Positions 53,073-64,000 of a DNA stretch of 64,000 nt are shown piece after piece. The notes under the pieces are model-generated. The model worked only from the letters and a program-made list of their open reading frames with translations. It was not told where the DNA came from and searched no databases. Origin of the DNA: Phoronis australis (lineage: Eukaryota > Animalia > Phoronida); the NCBI GenBank assembly GCA_002633005.1, contig NMRA01000991.1, positions 1-64,000 of the forward strand, given 5' to 3'. How positions within the stretch are numbered: the stretch's first letter is position 1; each line of letters starts with the position of its first letter. The translations under genes were made by a program, and so were the position numbers.

Positions 53073-56000
53073 TGTACTCGTCTAAATAATTCGAACAGAT
53101 TTTGTTGTACACTCTCTCAGAAACAACGAAGGGTTATTGTAAAGGTGTTTCTCATACAGTTCATTCAAAAGCAGATCTATTTTCTCACTGCGTGCTGTTG
53201 TTGCAGTCGGACATGTCATGATTAGATAGCGATGTATACGTGCCAGGAACTTGTAAACAGTTGGCCATTTCATGTTAATAGGAAAGTGAGATTAATTGCT
53301 CATTTCTTCATGTTCCCATCCTGGCCCTTGGCGTTTCTTTAACATCTTTTCGGGAAGTTGTCCATGACATCCTGTTTTGCATCACCACTAACCAGCTTCG
53401 GTTCAACTCCACGAGATGTCTCCGTGGTGTTACCGTCATCTACAATGTTTCAGTGGTGCTGGCACTCTCTTGTGGTAGTTTTTTATAATTCCACTTGCAG
53501 TCCGGTTTTAGGGGCTTGCCTTCTTTCACCAGCCTCGTGGGCTAGCCATACCTCCTCATTTTGATGTGCTTGTTTTGACTCCTCACCCGTGTGGGCTGAT
53601 TTTTCATAGCATGTACCCGAGTTTGTGACTTTTCAAGAACTTTGGGTGGCTCCTCCACAGACTCGCATCTTGTGCAATGGTTATCAATTTCCACAGTCTA
53701 GTTAGGTCCACGTGATCGCGCCTTGGTAACGTGAATAAGCTCCTGGTACGCATATGCGCGCACCTAAGCTTGTCTCGGAGCCTCGAACGAGCCCCCATTT
53801 GGCGAAGTTGGCAAAATGGTTAACCTTAGGCAATCAAAGATTCCGAAAATTTGAAAACGAAACAAGAGTCTTCTAATAAGGGGGTAAGAGCCACAACTGG
53901 CTGATGCAGAATACATAGCTCTGAACTTGTCCGGTGAAGTTTAGTAATAGATCCACATTCTCAAAAAATCAAGACCTGCGCTCATACCTTCCGGTGCGAC
54001 GATAGGTTTAAGACTGATGGGGGATAACAACTTTTATTAATCTCGAACCTGTTTTGAAAACTCAACTCAAACAAAACGCTCTAAGCTCCAGTCCGTGTTG
54101 CAAAACCTAGATTTGCGGTGTACTTCTGAAACACTTCCAGCAAATGGTATCATCGTTGATTCAGTAACCTGCTGTCTCTGTAGCTGGCTCTCTGGTGACT
54201 AACGCTATATCTTATGGTTCTGTAAGTGCAACTCAGTTAAATATTTAGTTCAGCTTAACTTAGTTTTTCAACTCATTGCTACTAACCCGCACCTGGGTAT
54301 TCATGGATTCTCACATTTCACTCCAACTTTTAACCAGTTTAAACAGATTTCTAAAACTTTCCACAATCTAACCTTTCATTCCGCAAATTCACAATATGCC
54401 CCAGCATATTGCAGATTGCCGTTCCATTTTTGGCGTACAGTGAAAATGCAGCTCGGCTGTGCACGTAGAGGTGGTTTCATTGGAACACACAGAAACAACG
54501 AGGTTGAGTTTAACTGGTTCGAGTGTTATACACTGTTGATCGTGATACAGACCATTGAAACTACCAGTTCAGAATGGCAACTATTATTTGTTTATTTGTA
54601 CTAGTAGAATTATCAAGATCATGGCTCAATAGATTAACACACTCTTCTTGAGGGTCCCAATTGATGCCCAGTACCTTCACACTTGTAGAGTCATCAGCAA
54701 CTTCATGCATTACAGTTGTGTCCGGAGAAGCCCGAAAGCGCAAATTGAAACCAGCTGCTTTCACAATGGCCCAAAGGCGGTCAATTTTTCCGTGAATGGT
54801 CAACAGTAGGGAAGCTGGTGATGATATTGTCCTCACAACACTTGCGTTTGATGTCGGAAGCAATGGGGTCGCTACCACAGCGGTCAAGATGCTAACGCAT
54901 TATCGCATACGGAGCTAAAGAGAACAGTCCAAAAGCCTTGGAGTACAAAATCACTATCAGGATTATTTGGGTCAGAAAGCCACAGAAATAATTTAAGATC
55001 ACATTCCTGTACTTCGATTTAGTGAAATATTTTTGTCAAGCTCGGCAAATAGACCAATTTTGTGCACTCGAAATAGAAGCAGTATGGCGTACAGGTCATT
55101 GATTAGTGAGGAGCCTACTTGCATACAGTCATTCAGGCATGGTCTGGCTGAGTTGGGTTTACATCTTCAGTCGTACACCACGGTTGCAGAAGTAGTTTTG
55201 GAGTCGAGTGACTGGTGGATGTGGACTAAAATGTTTTGGCCGCTAAACGATTCACCAATTATCACTACCGTCAGTGAAATCGAGTGCCGGGATGTAAAAG
55301 TTAAAACATAGCGCAGGTGCGAGAATAGCATACGTGGAGGTCCCCGTGGTCTGGTTTCCACGGAAGTTTCTGTTTATGTACGGATTGTCTTTAGTTTGAG
55401 CGATGGCCTGATAGAGGTGGTTGAGCTTGACATCGTCGGGTGGTGTAGCGCTTTGTTGGTTACCTATTCATTCAAGTTCCTAAAGCGTTCTAAATCCATT
55501 GGCGGTGCTGATACAAACTGTACAGAGACCGAGAGGGAACACCTCTCGTTTTAGTTTAAAGGCCCCCATATAAGGAAACTTTATTTCTATCCGAAGGGGA
55601 TTGGTCCGTTGCCACAGATGACTTTGTCTAGGGCAAAGTTATATTATTGATCTGCCCCAAAGAGCAAGTTCACGTCAAAGGAGCGGTCGCGAGTGGAGCT
55701 GTGGGCAAGCCTGAGGCTTTTGAGGTTCTTACAGCTATTGGGGCGAGGTACGACAACTTCGACTTGTATGTGCTCAAGTGTAGGACATACCACAATGACA
55801 GTCGTAACACTATAGGCTTTGCAGTTGACTTTTGAGTGGCCTCAAAACTATTTACGTGAATATTCTCTTGGAAAGTGGGTTGAAATCCAAGAATAGACGT
55901 AACGGATCGTTGGACCAATTCGTCAAACAATATGATGGTCCTACTGGTGTTTGATTTCCCATCGCTAACATGAGCCGTAACTGTGTTTAACAGTACCATG

Positions 56001-57103
56001 GTATTGGGTGAGGTGATATGCGTGACATTAGTGTCGACGGTAGCTTTCGGGGGCAGACTCGCGGTTTGAGGTATCAACTGTGAGAGGGAGAGGGTGGAGG
56101 AGCTGATGTTGTAACTGGTGGCAAACTGGTCGAGTTAGTATGGTGTTCGGACGACTTTTGCGTTTGAGGGATGTTTGCTTTGGGTTCGCAACATAAGCTG
56201 CTATGATCCTTAATTTTTTATTGCGGGAAGGCAGTCAGCAATTCTTTTCCGTGTCTATAGTTAGCCCAGAGTCGTACGATACGTGGGCTGGGCAGTGAGT
56301 GACAACGTGGTTTCCGAAACAGTGAAACCATAATTTATTTGTGCGTTAGGCTTGAAAGATCAGGAGCGGGTTTGAAATGCCTCCACGCAGGACTGGCACA
56401 AGTCGTCGGTCAATCCTCTGCAGCCTGGAGAATCTTTACTTCGGTCTTTTAAAAGTCGCGAGGAGTGATGAGAGACATGTGGATGTATCTGTGGTTTTGG
56501 TGAATAATACTCTTCCGGAAGTCAGCTGGGATTTTGTCCAGAATGATCGGAACGAGCATGTGCTTTTTGTCCGTCAAGCAGCTCTTCCCGCCATTCAAAA
56601 ATTTGTGAAAGTGTCCGGGATGCGACCGAACATTTAAAGCATGACTTTTGCAGATGAAGTTTCGTGGTCGGGACGTAGTGGTCTTGTAAGAGATTCATGG
56701 CTGTAGAATAATTTACTCCGGTGATATACATGCCGTTGATAATTTCTTTGCCAGCACCTTTTGAAGACGAGTGGATTGTTGTTGATAGTACCGATGTACG
56801 TGTCCAAAAACATGACATTTTAGGCAACTGCTGTAGATATAGACGAAATGTATTTCCTGTGAATAATTGTACTTCCGTGATGTAGGTTTCATTCTCGTGA
56901 GTTTCTTGAAGAGATTCTTCAGTGTCAGGGAGGAGATCGTGAATCTTGTTGTTAATTGCGGTTACTGCTTCTAACTTTTCATGGAGGATGGGGGGAAGGT
57001 AAGAAGTATGTTCAGTACCAGCACTCTCTAACTTTTGAAAAATAGTCGTCACCTGTCCCTCCTGAGAAGATCATTTGGCTCTGATGCACTTCATCTGTAG
57101 CAT

Positions 57104-57124
57104 AATCCGCTGTTCACGGCACAA
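57104..57124 (-). promoter_or_regulatory. Primer-binding site, tRNA-His-like
   Basis: TTGTGCCGTGAACAGCGGATT, 3 nt after the LTR-ending CA, resembles TGGTGCCGTGACTCGGATT (complement of the tRNA-His 3' end). Confidence 0.65.
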
Positions 57125-57127
57125 AAA

Positions 57128-57480
57128 TGCGACGTACAGCAAAAAATGTGGTTCCAGGTTGAGTCGAACTTCTTCTATTGTTATCAACGGCTTACCGAGT
57201 TATAGATTTTACACATTGTCAGTGCCGATTGACAACTATAACTCGTACTGCCTCAGACACAAATGACAGAACTATATTTAGAGACACTAGAGATTCTAGA
57301 ATTAACCAATCCAATAAAATGTACAAATAAGGGATGCCCTTTGTTCATAAGCAGTTCTTGGATTAGGAAGAATCACTAATCACCTTCTCAGAGAAAGCGG
57401 TGGTAAACAACAACAAAAATTCATCTCACGCTATGACTATACTAAAATGATTCCAAAATACATTAACACATTCCGTGACA
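57128..57480 (-). repeat. 5' LTR of the BEL/Pao element (353 bp)
   Basis: Minus strand begins TGTCACGG and ends TCGCA immediately before the PBS. Confidence 0.65.
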
Positions 57481-57818
57481 TCCTTGGCCACTAACGTTAA
57501 TAATTCAAAAAATTCCCAGACAAATGCATCGTCACTGACCCTTGAACAATTTCAATTAAGTGCTACCAACAATTAAACACGTCGAAACTAAAACAATTGC
57601 CAGCTTGCCCCTGACAGTCGGTTAACCAATGACCCACTGGATAAGGGAAGTAGATGTAGTTCCTATTTCAATTCCTGGAAATTGGAATAACTCGATACGT
57701 GTCTTAAACACAATGAAGAGGGTAGCGAAGGACCTTCCTCGTGTCTCGGAAGTTTTAGAGGATAGCCTAAATAAGTTATTTTAAAATAAGATTTTTCCAC
57801 CAAAATTTGTCCACATAC

Positions 57819-58097
57819 TGATAATACTCAATATACTGCACCAATGTACATGATAACATCATATATTTGGACGCACTTGTCATCGGACAACTTTGTTTTG
57901 TGGTTGAGCCTCCTATTCGTAACATAGACACGTCGTTGAAGAGTGCACTAGACCCGTGGGTGTCTCTGATGGAAAATGTAAGACTTCTTTTGGTCTCTTC
58001 CACTTGTACGCACAAGTCAATTGTGCGTAAGAATCCACGTCAGCAGCATAATACCAAATGCAGTTTTTGAAATGCTTGCAGTTACACCGCTGCACAG
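57819..58097 (-). pseudogene. Degenerate Cys-rich (WSC-like) exon of gene A
   Basis: VQRCNCKHFKNCIWYY...LTCAYKW...GLVHSSTTCLCYE then TAG (57913-57915) and a frameshift; phase-1 acceptor after the Kringle exon; candidate phase-0 gtatgt donor matches the terminal exon. Confidence 0.5.
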
Positions 58098-58143
58098 CTA
58101 GTCAGCTTCAAAATCCGCACGTGAGTGGCGTGCTAGTACTTAC

Positions 58144-58425
58144 CGTTACAAATTTTGATGTCACATGTACTCCACGACGGTAAATCCTCTCCTTCTACGT
58201 AACACCAAGGGCCACCCTCATAATGATCTGGATTTCGACAATAGTTCGAGAGCTGCACGGCTCTTGGCCATTTCATATATGATTCTATTGTACGTCTACT
58301 TTTAAACAAGTGCCTCTTAACTTCCATACTACCCCACGTCCTGCATGGCTGTCCCGTCCTGGTGTAGTGAACGTAACCGTTATAGTCAAGTCCTTTAACG
58401 TCCACTTTGCATCCGAGGTCTGACT
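58144..58425 (-). CDS. Kringle-domain exon (phase 1-1, 282 nt), gene A
   Basis: GCKVDVKGLDYNGYVHYTRTGQPCRTW...NYCRNPDHYEGGPWCYV...STCDIKIC; polypyrimidine cttgcag acceptor, gtaagt donor. Confidence 0.95.
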
Positions 58426-58992
58426 CTGCAAGAAAAAAAAAACAAAAAAGTGACACTATGTTTGGCAAAGGTTTCAGAAGTGTAGAAACATCTACTACTC
58501 GGTAAGGCGTGCTTACTTGTGTTGGTTGATTTGCAGCCTCCATTTAGCGAGCCCATTAAGACATAGTGAAATGGCTTACTGCCGGACACTTACAGTGCCA
58601 ACTGAAAAAGAGATTGCGTGAAAATGGTGCAACACTAAGATGCATGTTAACTGAAATGCTGGCCGATGTCGGCATCACAGCTGTCGATTTTTATTTTGTT
58701 CACATAGTTGTGCCGATATTTGACGTTGGTCTCGAGGTCTTTTCGTACACGCATATCAAAGCGATCATATTAATGTTCCGCAGGTTTTCTTGCAGGTTAG
58801 TCAATGACAGTGGACTTAATGGATACTGGATGTTTGGGGTGTTAACGCGATGATGGTTATTAGTGAAGTCACGTTACAATCCGAAGAGTATGTTTTAAAT
58901 AGCCATCAATGTTTAGGCTATTTATGTACACCGTTTCGTCAGTCAATCTATTGCACGGAGACATTGATGTATACTATGCTTTTTCAACTTAC

Positions 58993-59014
58993 CTGTCCTT
59001 TTTGAGGTTGAGGG
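58993..59014 (-). CDS. 22-nt linker microexon (PSTSKRT) preceding the gene A Kringle
   Basis: gcattttcag|CCCTCAACCTCAAAAAGGACAG|gtaagt; phase-1 end fits the Kringle exon. Confidence 0.55.
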
Positions 59015-59469
59015 CTGAAAATGCATCTTAAGGATGTCATGTCTCATTAAAAGCGTGAATAAATGAATTTGTATCGATCGCCCTCTTATGAATTCTTAGC
59101 GTACAGTGTGTACAAATACATGTGTAATCAGGAAAATAAAATATATAAATGAAATGCCGAATTAAAGAAAAACGAGTGCGAGCATATAGAACACCCTAGC
59201 AATCCTTATTCCATAGTGACGTGACCAAATCATAAAAATTTTTCATTTTTACTAGACTAACGATGACAAATCACTAATACTTGTTTACATAAAATAGTTT
59301 CGCATAACAAGACTTTCGCGAGATTGTAACACTAACCGGTTCCGGGATGGTTCCGGGCACGCCGTAAGACCTGAGTTTGTAAACTAGCACTTCATTTGCA
59401 TAATAACAATTGAATGAAACATGAATTCTATAACTTTCATCAAGAGGAGCTCTGCAAGTTTGCTTTCAT

Positions 59470-59472
<3 letters not shown>

Positions 59473-59502
<30 letters not shown>
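59473..59502. repeat. (CT)n microsatellite
   Basis: CT run. Confidence 0.9.
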
Positions 59503-59507
<5 letters not shown>

Positions 59508-60020
59508 CCTCCCTCTGTACATTGAGCTTCAACTACTATACCTCATATGAATATCTTTTGTTTTTAGCCCATTATATATTATTGAATTATAAAAACCACA
59601 TATCTTATCTAATCATATTATCGGCTGTTACAATTTTGTTTTCAGAAATTTCTAGAATCTCTAGAGTGCTTTGACCTCAGCGCTAAAGTCGTGAGCATCA
59701 CCTACATGTAAATATAGGTTTTGACGTTACAGTACATGTCAACAAACTAGATCCCGTGATTTTAAAGTCCGTAGGCACACCTTTTGGGCAACTTAAAATG
59801 TATCTATACTTACTAATAACTTAATCAATATTTGTTCTGACAAAGGATCATGCACAGCATCGGAAAATCTGGACCGAGACTTTTTGCACTTAAATTGGAA
59901 AAGCATAATGCATTTTCGTGGACGGGCCTTACAGCTAAAGCATCGACAGCAACAGCGAATTGTAAGATATTGTAGAAAATGAAAAGTTCAACAAAATTTA
60001 CGGCGACATTCAAGATTTAT

Positions 60021-60940
60021 ATGATGGAGAGTGTACTTTTGGACGGATAACACCGTACATGTACGAACCGGAGGAATCTTGATTCAGAAACTGAAGGAGC
60101 AAAACAGACCGACAGTCACGCAACCCGCTACGACGGTCTCAGAATCGATGTTCGTTGTTGGTGAGCAAAATTTTTTAGAATAATCAATCAATAAAATTGT
60201 TAAGACGGTTGAATTCAAAATAAGATGACGATATTTCTTGTCGCCAAAAAGTTGGGCAATTGCAAAGCAAATTTTCCCCTAAATTTCCAAGTGATTTAGT
60301 GTTTTTTTCAATCAGTTTTTTTGGTTTCGCTATAGTTTTGACGAATAGACTAAAACTTCATGGGCACGCACCGCCAGATCGTATCGAAACTGTGTCCGAC
60401 TCGGAAATCACCCGTTTTTACTTTGCCACGAGAATAGTATGCATTGTATTCAGATTCTTACACAACAGTGCAGATCAGATGGTCAGTTCAGTTTGTATTT
60501 TGAAATGTCTGTGACACAACAGCACTCCACACCAACAGGAAGGTCTAAGCTATTGACGTGCGGCCAAAATATGAAATAAAATCTACATACAAAACCAACT
60601 CCACGGCTATGTGGTCTTCATTTGAAGGTGTTATAGGATACCAAGAAAATTAGAAATAATTAGAAAAAGATCATAACACAGAAATGTTTTTGTCTAGGTG
60701 CACATGCGGTAACCGTGAACTAATAGACACTGATAAGGAATGTATTTGCTGCCAAGAAATTCCCTTAGTAAACGATCAACTGTAAGGCACTGAAGCAGAA
60801 TGCATCGCAGACTACGATTGTTTCAGGCGAGTATGCTTGAACCAATGGGTACTGGACACGATCTTTTGGGCGGACCGCCAACATTATGGTCAACTTCCGG
60901 AGAGAATACGGTCAACTTGCGGAGACCACCCTGCACCCGA
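60021..60940 (+). pseudogene. Spliced KolX / P2X7-ballast-like gene relic from a second Kolobok family
   Basis: Exon to 60160 (ITPYMYEPEE...TG|gtgag) and exon 60698-60940 (W-CTCGNRELIDTDKECICCQEIPLV...*...CIADYDCFRRVCLNQWVLDTIFWADRQHYG|gtaagt); in-frame stops; candidate TTAA|AG terminus at 59762-59767. Confidence 0.75.
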
Positions 60941-61565
60941 GTAAGTGTACAGCTAAATTGAGTCGCAATAACTGTACCGCTGACAAGCGCGAAGCCGAAA
61001 CCAATGAGAACTAGGATTCTTCTTTACATGATATACAGTGTAAACGATAGTATTTTAATTCGATCAATAAACAACAAACTGCAAAGCATTTGAAACTATT
61101 TAATCTAAATAACAACTACTTGTCACATTAACGCTATTTATAATTCCGATATCAACGTTAACTACGCCAATCAGATTTCTAGTTTATTATTTTTGTAACT
61201 CTAAACACATTACTGATGTAATTTCCATGATAGCTGAATCGTATTCAAACATACTTGTATCAAACTACTTTCGTTATTTCTTATTCACGCTGTTTTTGTA
61301 GTTGACAATAATTTTAAATAAACCTTATTTTACCTTAAAAATGCAAATGCATAATAATACAAAAATAGTCCTGCTACATTGGTTTCAACTTCATAAACTG
61401 CTTCTTTACTAACATTCCGCTGCTACAATACGTGTTAATCCGTTTACATCTCCTTTCTGAACTGCTGTAAAATGCCGTGACATTCAGAAGTCACCTGATG
61501 ATTCTAACCCCATAATTAACACTATTGCATAATAAGCCATGTGCCGTAGAGTCATCAACCCACTC

Positions 61566-61721
61566 CAGTGCTGTAGTGGGGAGTAGGCGCACGTAGGCGC
61601 AGACAACCACCTTTTGACATTTGGACGAAACGCCTACGCACCGTAATATACGTTTAGTGCTCAAGGTGACGCGGTAAGCTTGGGTCGCCTACTCACCTCT
61701 AATGTTACCACTACAGCATTG
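61566..61721. mobile_element. hAT-type MITE (156 bp) with perfect 8-bp TSD
   Basis: TIRs CAGTGCTGTAGTGG / CCACTACAGCATTG; ACCCACTC at 61558-61565 and 61722-61729. Confidence 0.9.
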
Positions 61722-62760
61722 ACCCACTCACTGCACCCATCCCATTACAGTTGCTGCAGTCACGTGCCGGGTTCTAACGTAAACATAAACACAACAATAA
61801 CTTAGTAGGAAGTCGAAAACGGGTCAACGGGACCTGTGGTGGCGCCTCTTCATTTTAAGTGATAGCGTGCTTTTCTGTTAGATCGTTGATAAAAACATGT
61901 TCTTTGGAACGTGATCACTTATGAGAGCATGACATAAAATACGTACACCCTTTAACATTCAGACTTATAAAGGATTTCAACTACCGGGCATGAATCAGAA
62001 GTCAAATTTATAAAAGATTCTTAAAGCTTCACCATTTCGTTTACTTATTTCATCATGCTTTTTAAGAAGTGCCCTTGCCGTTATTGCGTAATACGTTTGT
62101 TCCTTTACTAACGTCATACTGCTCAGTTCCGCTGTAAAATCAAATGCGTCCCTATCCTGGTGCAAGTTCGCCAATGTCAATCAAATGAAAGGCTAGCCAT
62201 TCGTCTGTAGGCTTGCGTCTCTACATTGGCAAAATGACCAGTTTGTTTACAAAACACATAAATTTAAAAAGGAATACTTACTTACAGAACATGCCACCTA
62301 GTTTCTGAACATAATCTTACTTTCTTTTTCATTGACAATACCAGTCCACCTCAAATGGTACCATTTCAATATCATACAATTGGATTGGAATAAAACGAAA
62401 CAAAAAGCGTTACCAAAAGGACACACGTTTGATATATCTTAAAGGCAGTTGATTCATTTATGCGGTCCTTAAATAAGGTTCTTTTTTCCACTGATTGGAG
62501 GGATGCAGTGTATTGGTCATTATTGTGAGCAATAGATGACACAGGAGAGAGAATAAAGATGCCAGCCACCAGATAACGTGCCTTTGCATCACCTGTGTAA
62601 CATACTTTGTGGATTGTTTACATAGATGTACTGAACACAACATTATAAGTGGGTACATGTAGCTGAAATGTATGAGAAAAGGCAAGAAGTACAGTAGGGG
62701 AATTGCTACAGGTATTCTTTGCACGAAAAATACACATTTAAAAGTCAGCATGGACTTGGT

Positions 62761-62960
62761 GATACTCGTGGGCGGTATATTCTAATTGAGTAGGAATTGA
62801 ATGGCTCTCCCGGTGTTTTTGAACGTTTATTACCCAAAAAGCATTAGTTCCCAACTGCCTTATTTGGAAACTAATCTGCGGTTCTTGACAGATATATTAG
62901 TAAAGATGATACCCTTTGTACCGGTGGCTTCAGCTGTACCTTAGCGAATGTCGATCAACA
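62761..62960 (+). mobile_element. L1/Tx1-type LINE AP-endonuclease fragment
   Basis: DTRGRYILIE...FLNVYYP...TGGFSCTL resembles D..GRYI...LNVYAP...GGDFNC.L; contains stops and frameshifts. Confidence 0.65.
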
Positions 62961-64000
62961 TGAGGAAAAAGAGATGTCAGTGATAAACATACGGACATAG
63001 CAAAAATTAAGGATTTCGCTTTGAAGTATAACAAAGACAAAATCCAGGCAAATCAGAACTTACGTGGTTTAACAGGTGTTTCAATGAACATGATATATGT
63101 CCCATTGACTTCTGGTTTTAGTCTAAGGTTTTTAAATTTCGTCTTCAGCACAAAATAAATAACGGTTTTGTGTTCTGATCATTCTGCAGTAAAGTTAAAC
63201 ATTGAACATTCTGAGGCTATACCACAATGACACGAGGTTTTGAATATTAACAATAGTTTTTTGCCAATGAAGAAAGACTATGTGCACTGAAAAAGTGCTA
63301 CATGACTGTAATAAAGATGGAAAGAATAAAAAATACAAAACCATTTCAAAATGAATATCAAAATTGACAACACTTTAGATAAAAGTCTAGTAAATCAAAA
63401 TACTTTATCCCTGACTGGTGAATTAGCGAGTGTATTTTAAGTCTCTAACCCCTAGGGTCTGTTTATTTGTAGGAGGCCCTTGGTATTTCCAACCCACGTA
63501 TATGCAGTGCTGTGGTTATTCTTCATTAAAATAATAATAGCTGTCACCTATCTGACTGGTTAAATAGTGGCGATCAACTTCTCTGCACAATCTTGAAACT
63601 TGAGTTAAATGCGCAAAGAATTCATGCACCCTGCTATGACATTTCGCGAAGACAGTCAAATTGTTCCTCGATATACCTTTGTGACAACATTGTTTATATG
63701 TTTATTTCATAAGAATTGTATGGAAACAAGTCCTGGGGTCCTTTTCATGAAGTGACTTAAGATTTGAGAAAGGACTTTGGTCTTTCGTTCCACGAAACGA
63801 TTTCTGAAAAAATTCTTGAACCTCTAATGTGCAAAGTTCTATGAAACTACAAGTCACTGCAAGTTACAAAGATGATTTTAATAATTTTTTTACTACGATA
63901 GGTTCATAATTACTTTACTAAAAATGATACAACGATCGCTAAATTTGAGCGTGAGACCGAATTTCTCTCTTTTATACTTTTTTATGAAACAGAACCTGCA

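Larger units (their letters stand above)
54560..57480 (-). mobile_element. BEL/Pao LTR retrotransposon, decayed and 3'-truncated
   Basis: Gag-like ITGVNYSTAMNLLQDHY, protease-region VLLNTVTAHV...IILFDE, RT relics VVYD / CMQVGSSLINDLYAILLLFR / FLWLSDP, and AAGFNLR...VKVLGINWDP; LTR and PBS at the 5' end. Confidence 0.88.

Overview
AT-rich, intron- and transposon-rich eukaryotic DNA that looks like an invertebrate animal draft scaffold, with assembly Ns at 4605, 14009-14032, 15448, 18010 and 26589. No prokaryotic operons, rRNA, bona fide tRNA or CRISPR were seen, and most ORFs in the supplied track are spurious. Manual splicing of the minus strand suggests two tandem, probably paralogous genes for extracellular Kringle/WSC/CUB-like (Kremen-like) proteins. 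Gene A (59.0 to 49.8 kb) reads microexon, Kringle, degenerate WSC-like exon, GPI-signal-like tail. Gene B (40.3 kb to 5.6 kb or beyond) reads signal peptide ... degenerate WSC, CUB-like, WSC, Kringle, microexon. Both contain stop- or frameshift-damaged exons next to intact ones. The introns hold many mobile elements: two inverted 1.68-kb TTAA-flanked Kolobok deletion derivatives (THAP transposase N-terminus fused head-on to a KolX/P2X7-ballast-like gene), a second spliced KolX relic, an Academ transposase/Cys8 fossil, a BEL/Pao LTR retrotransposon with 5' LTR and tRNA-His PBS, a solo LTR, CR1/L2 and L1/Tx1 LINE fragments, several MITEs and a degenerate hammerhead-like motif. All calls come from reading the sequence by eye; no searches were run.
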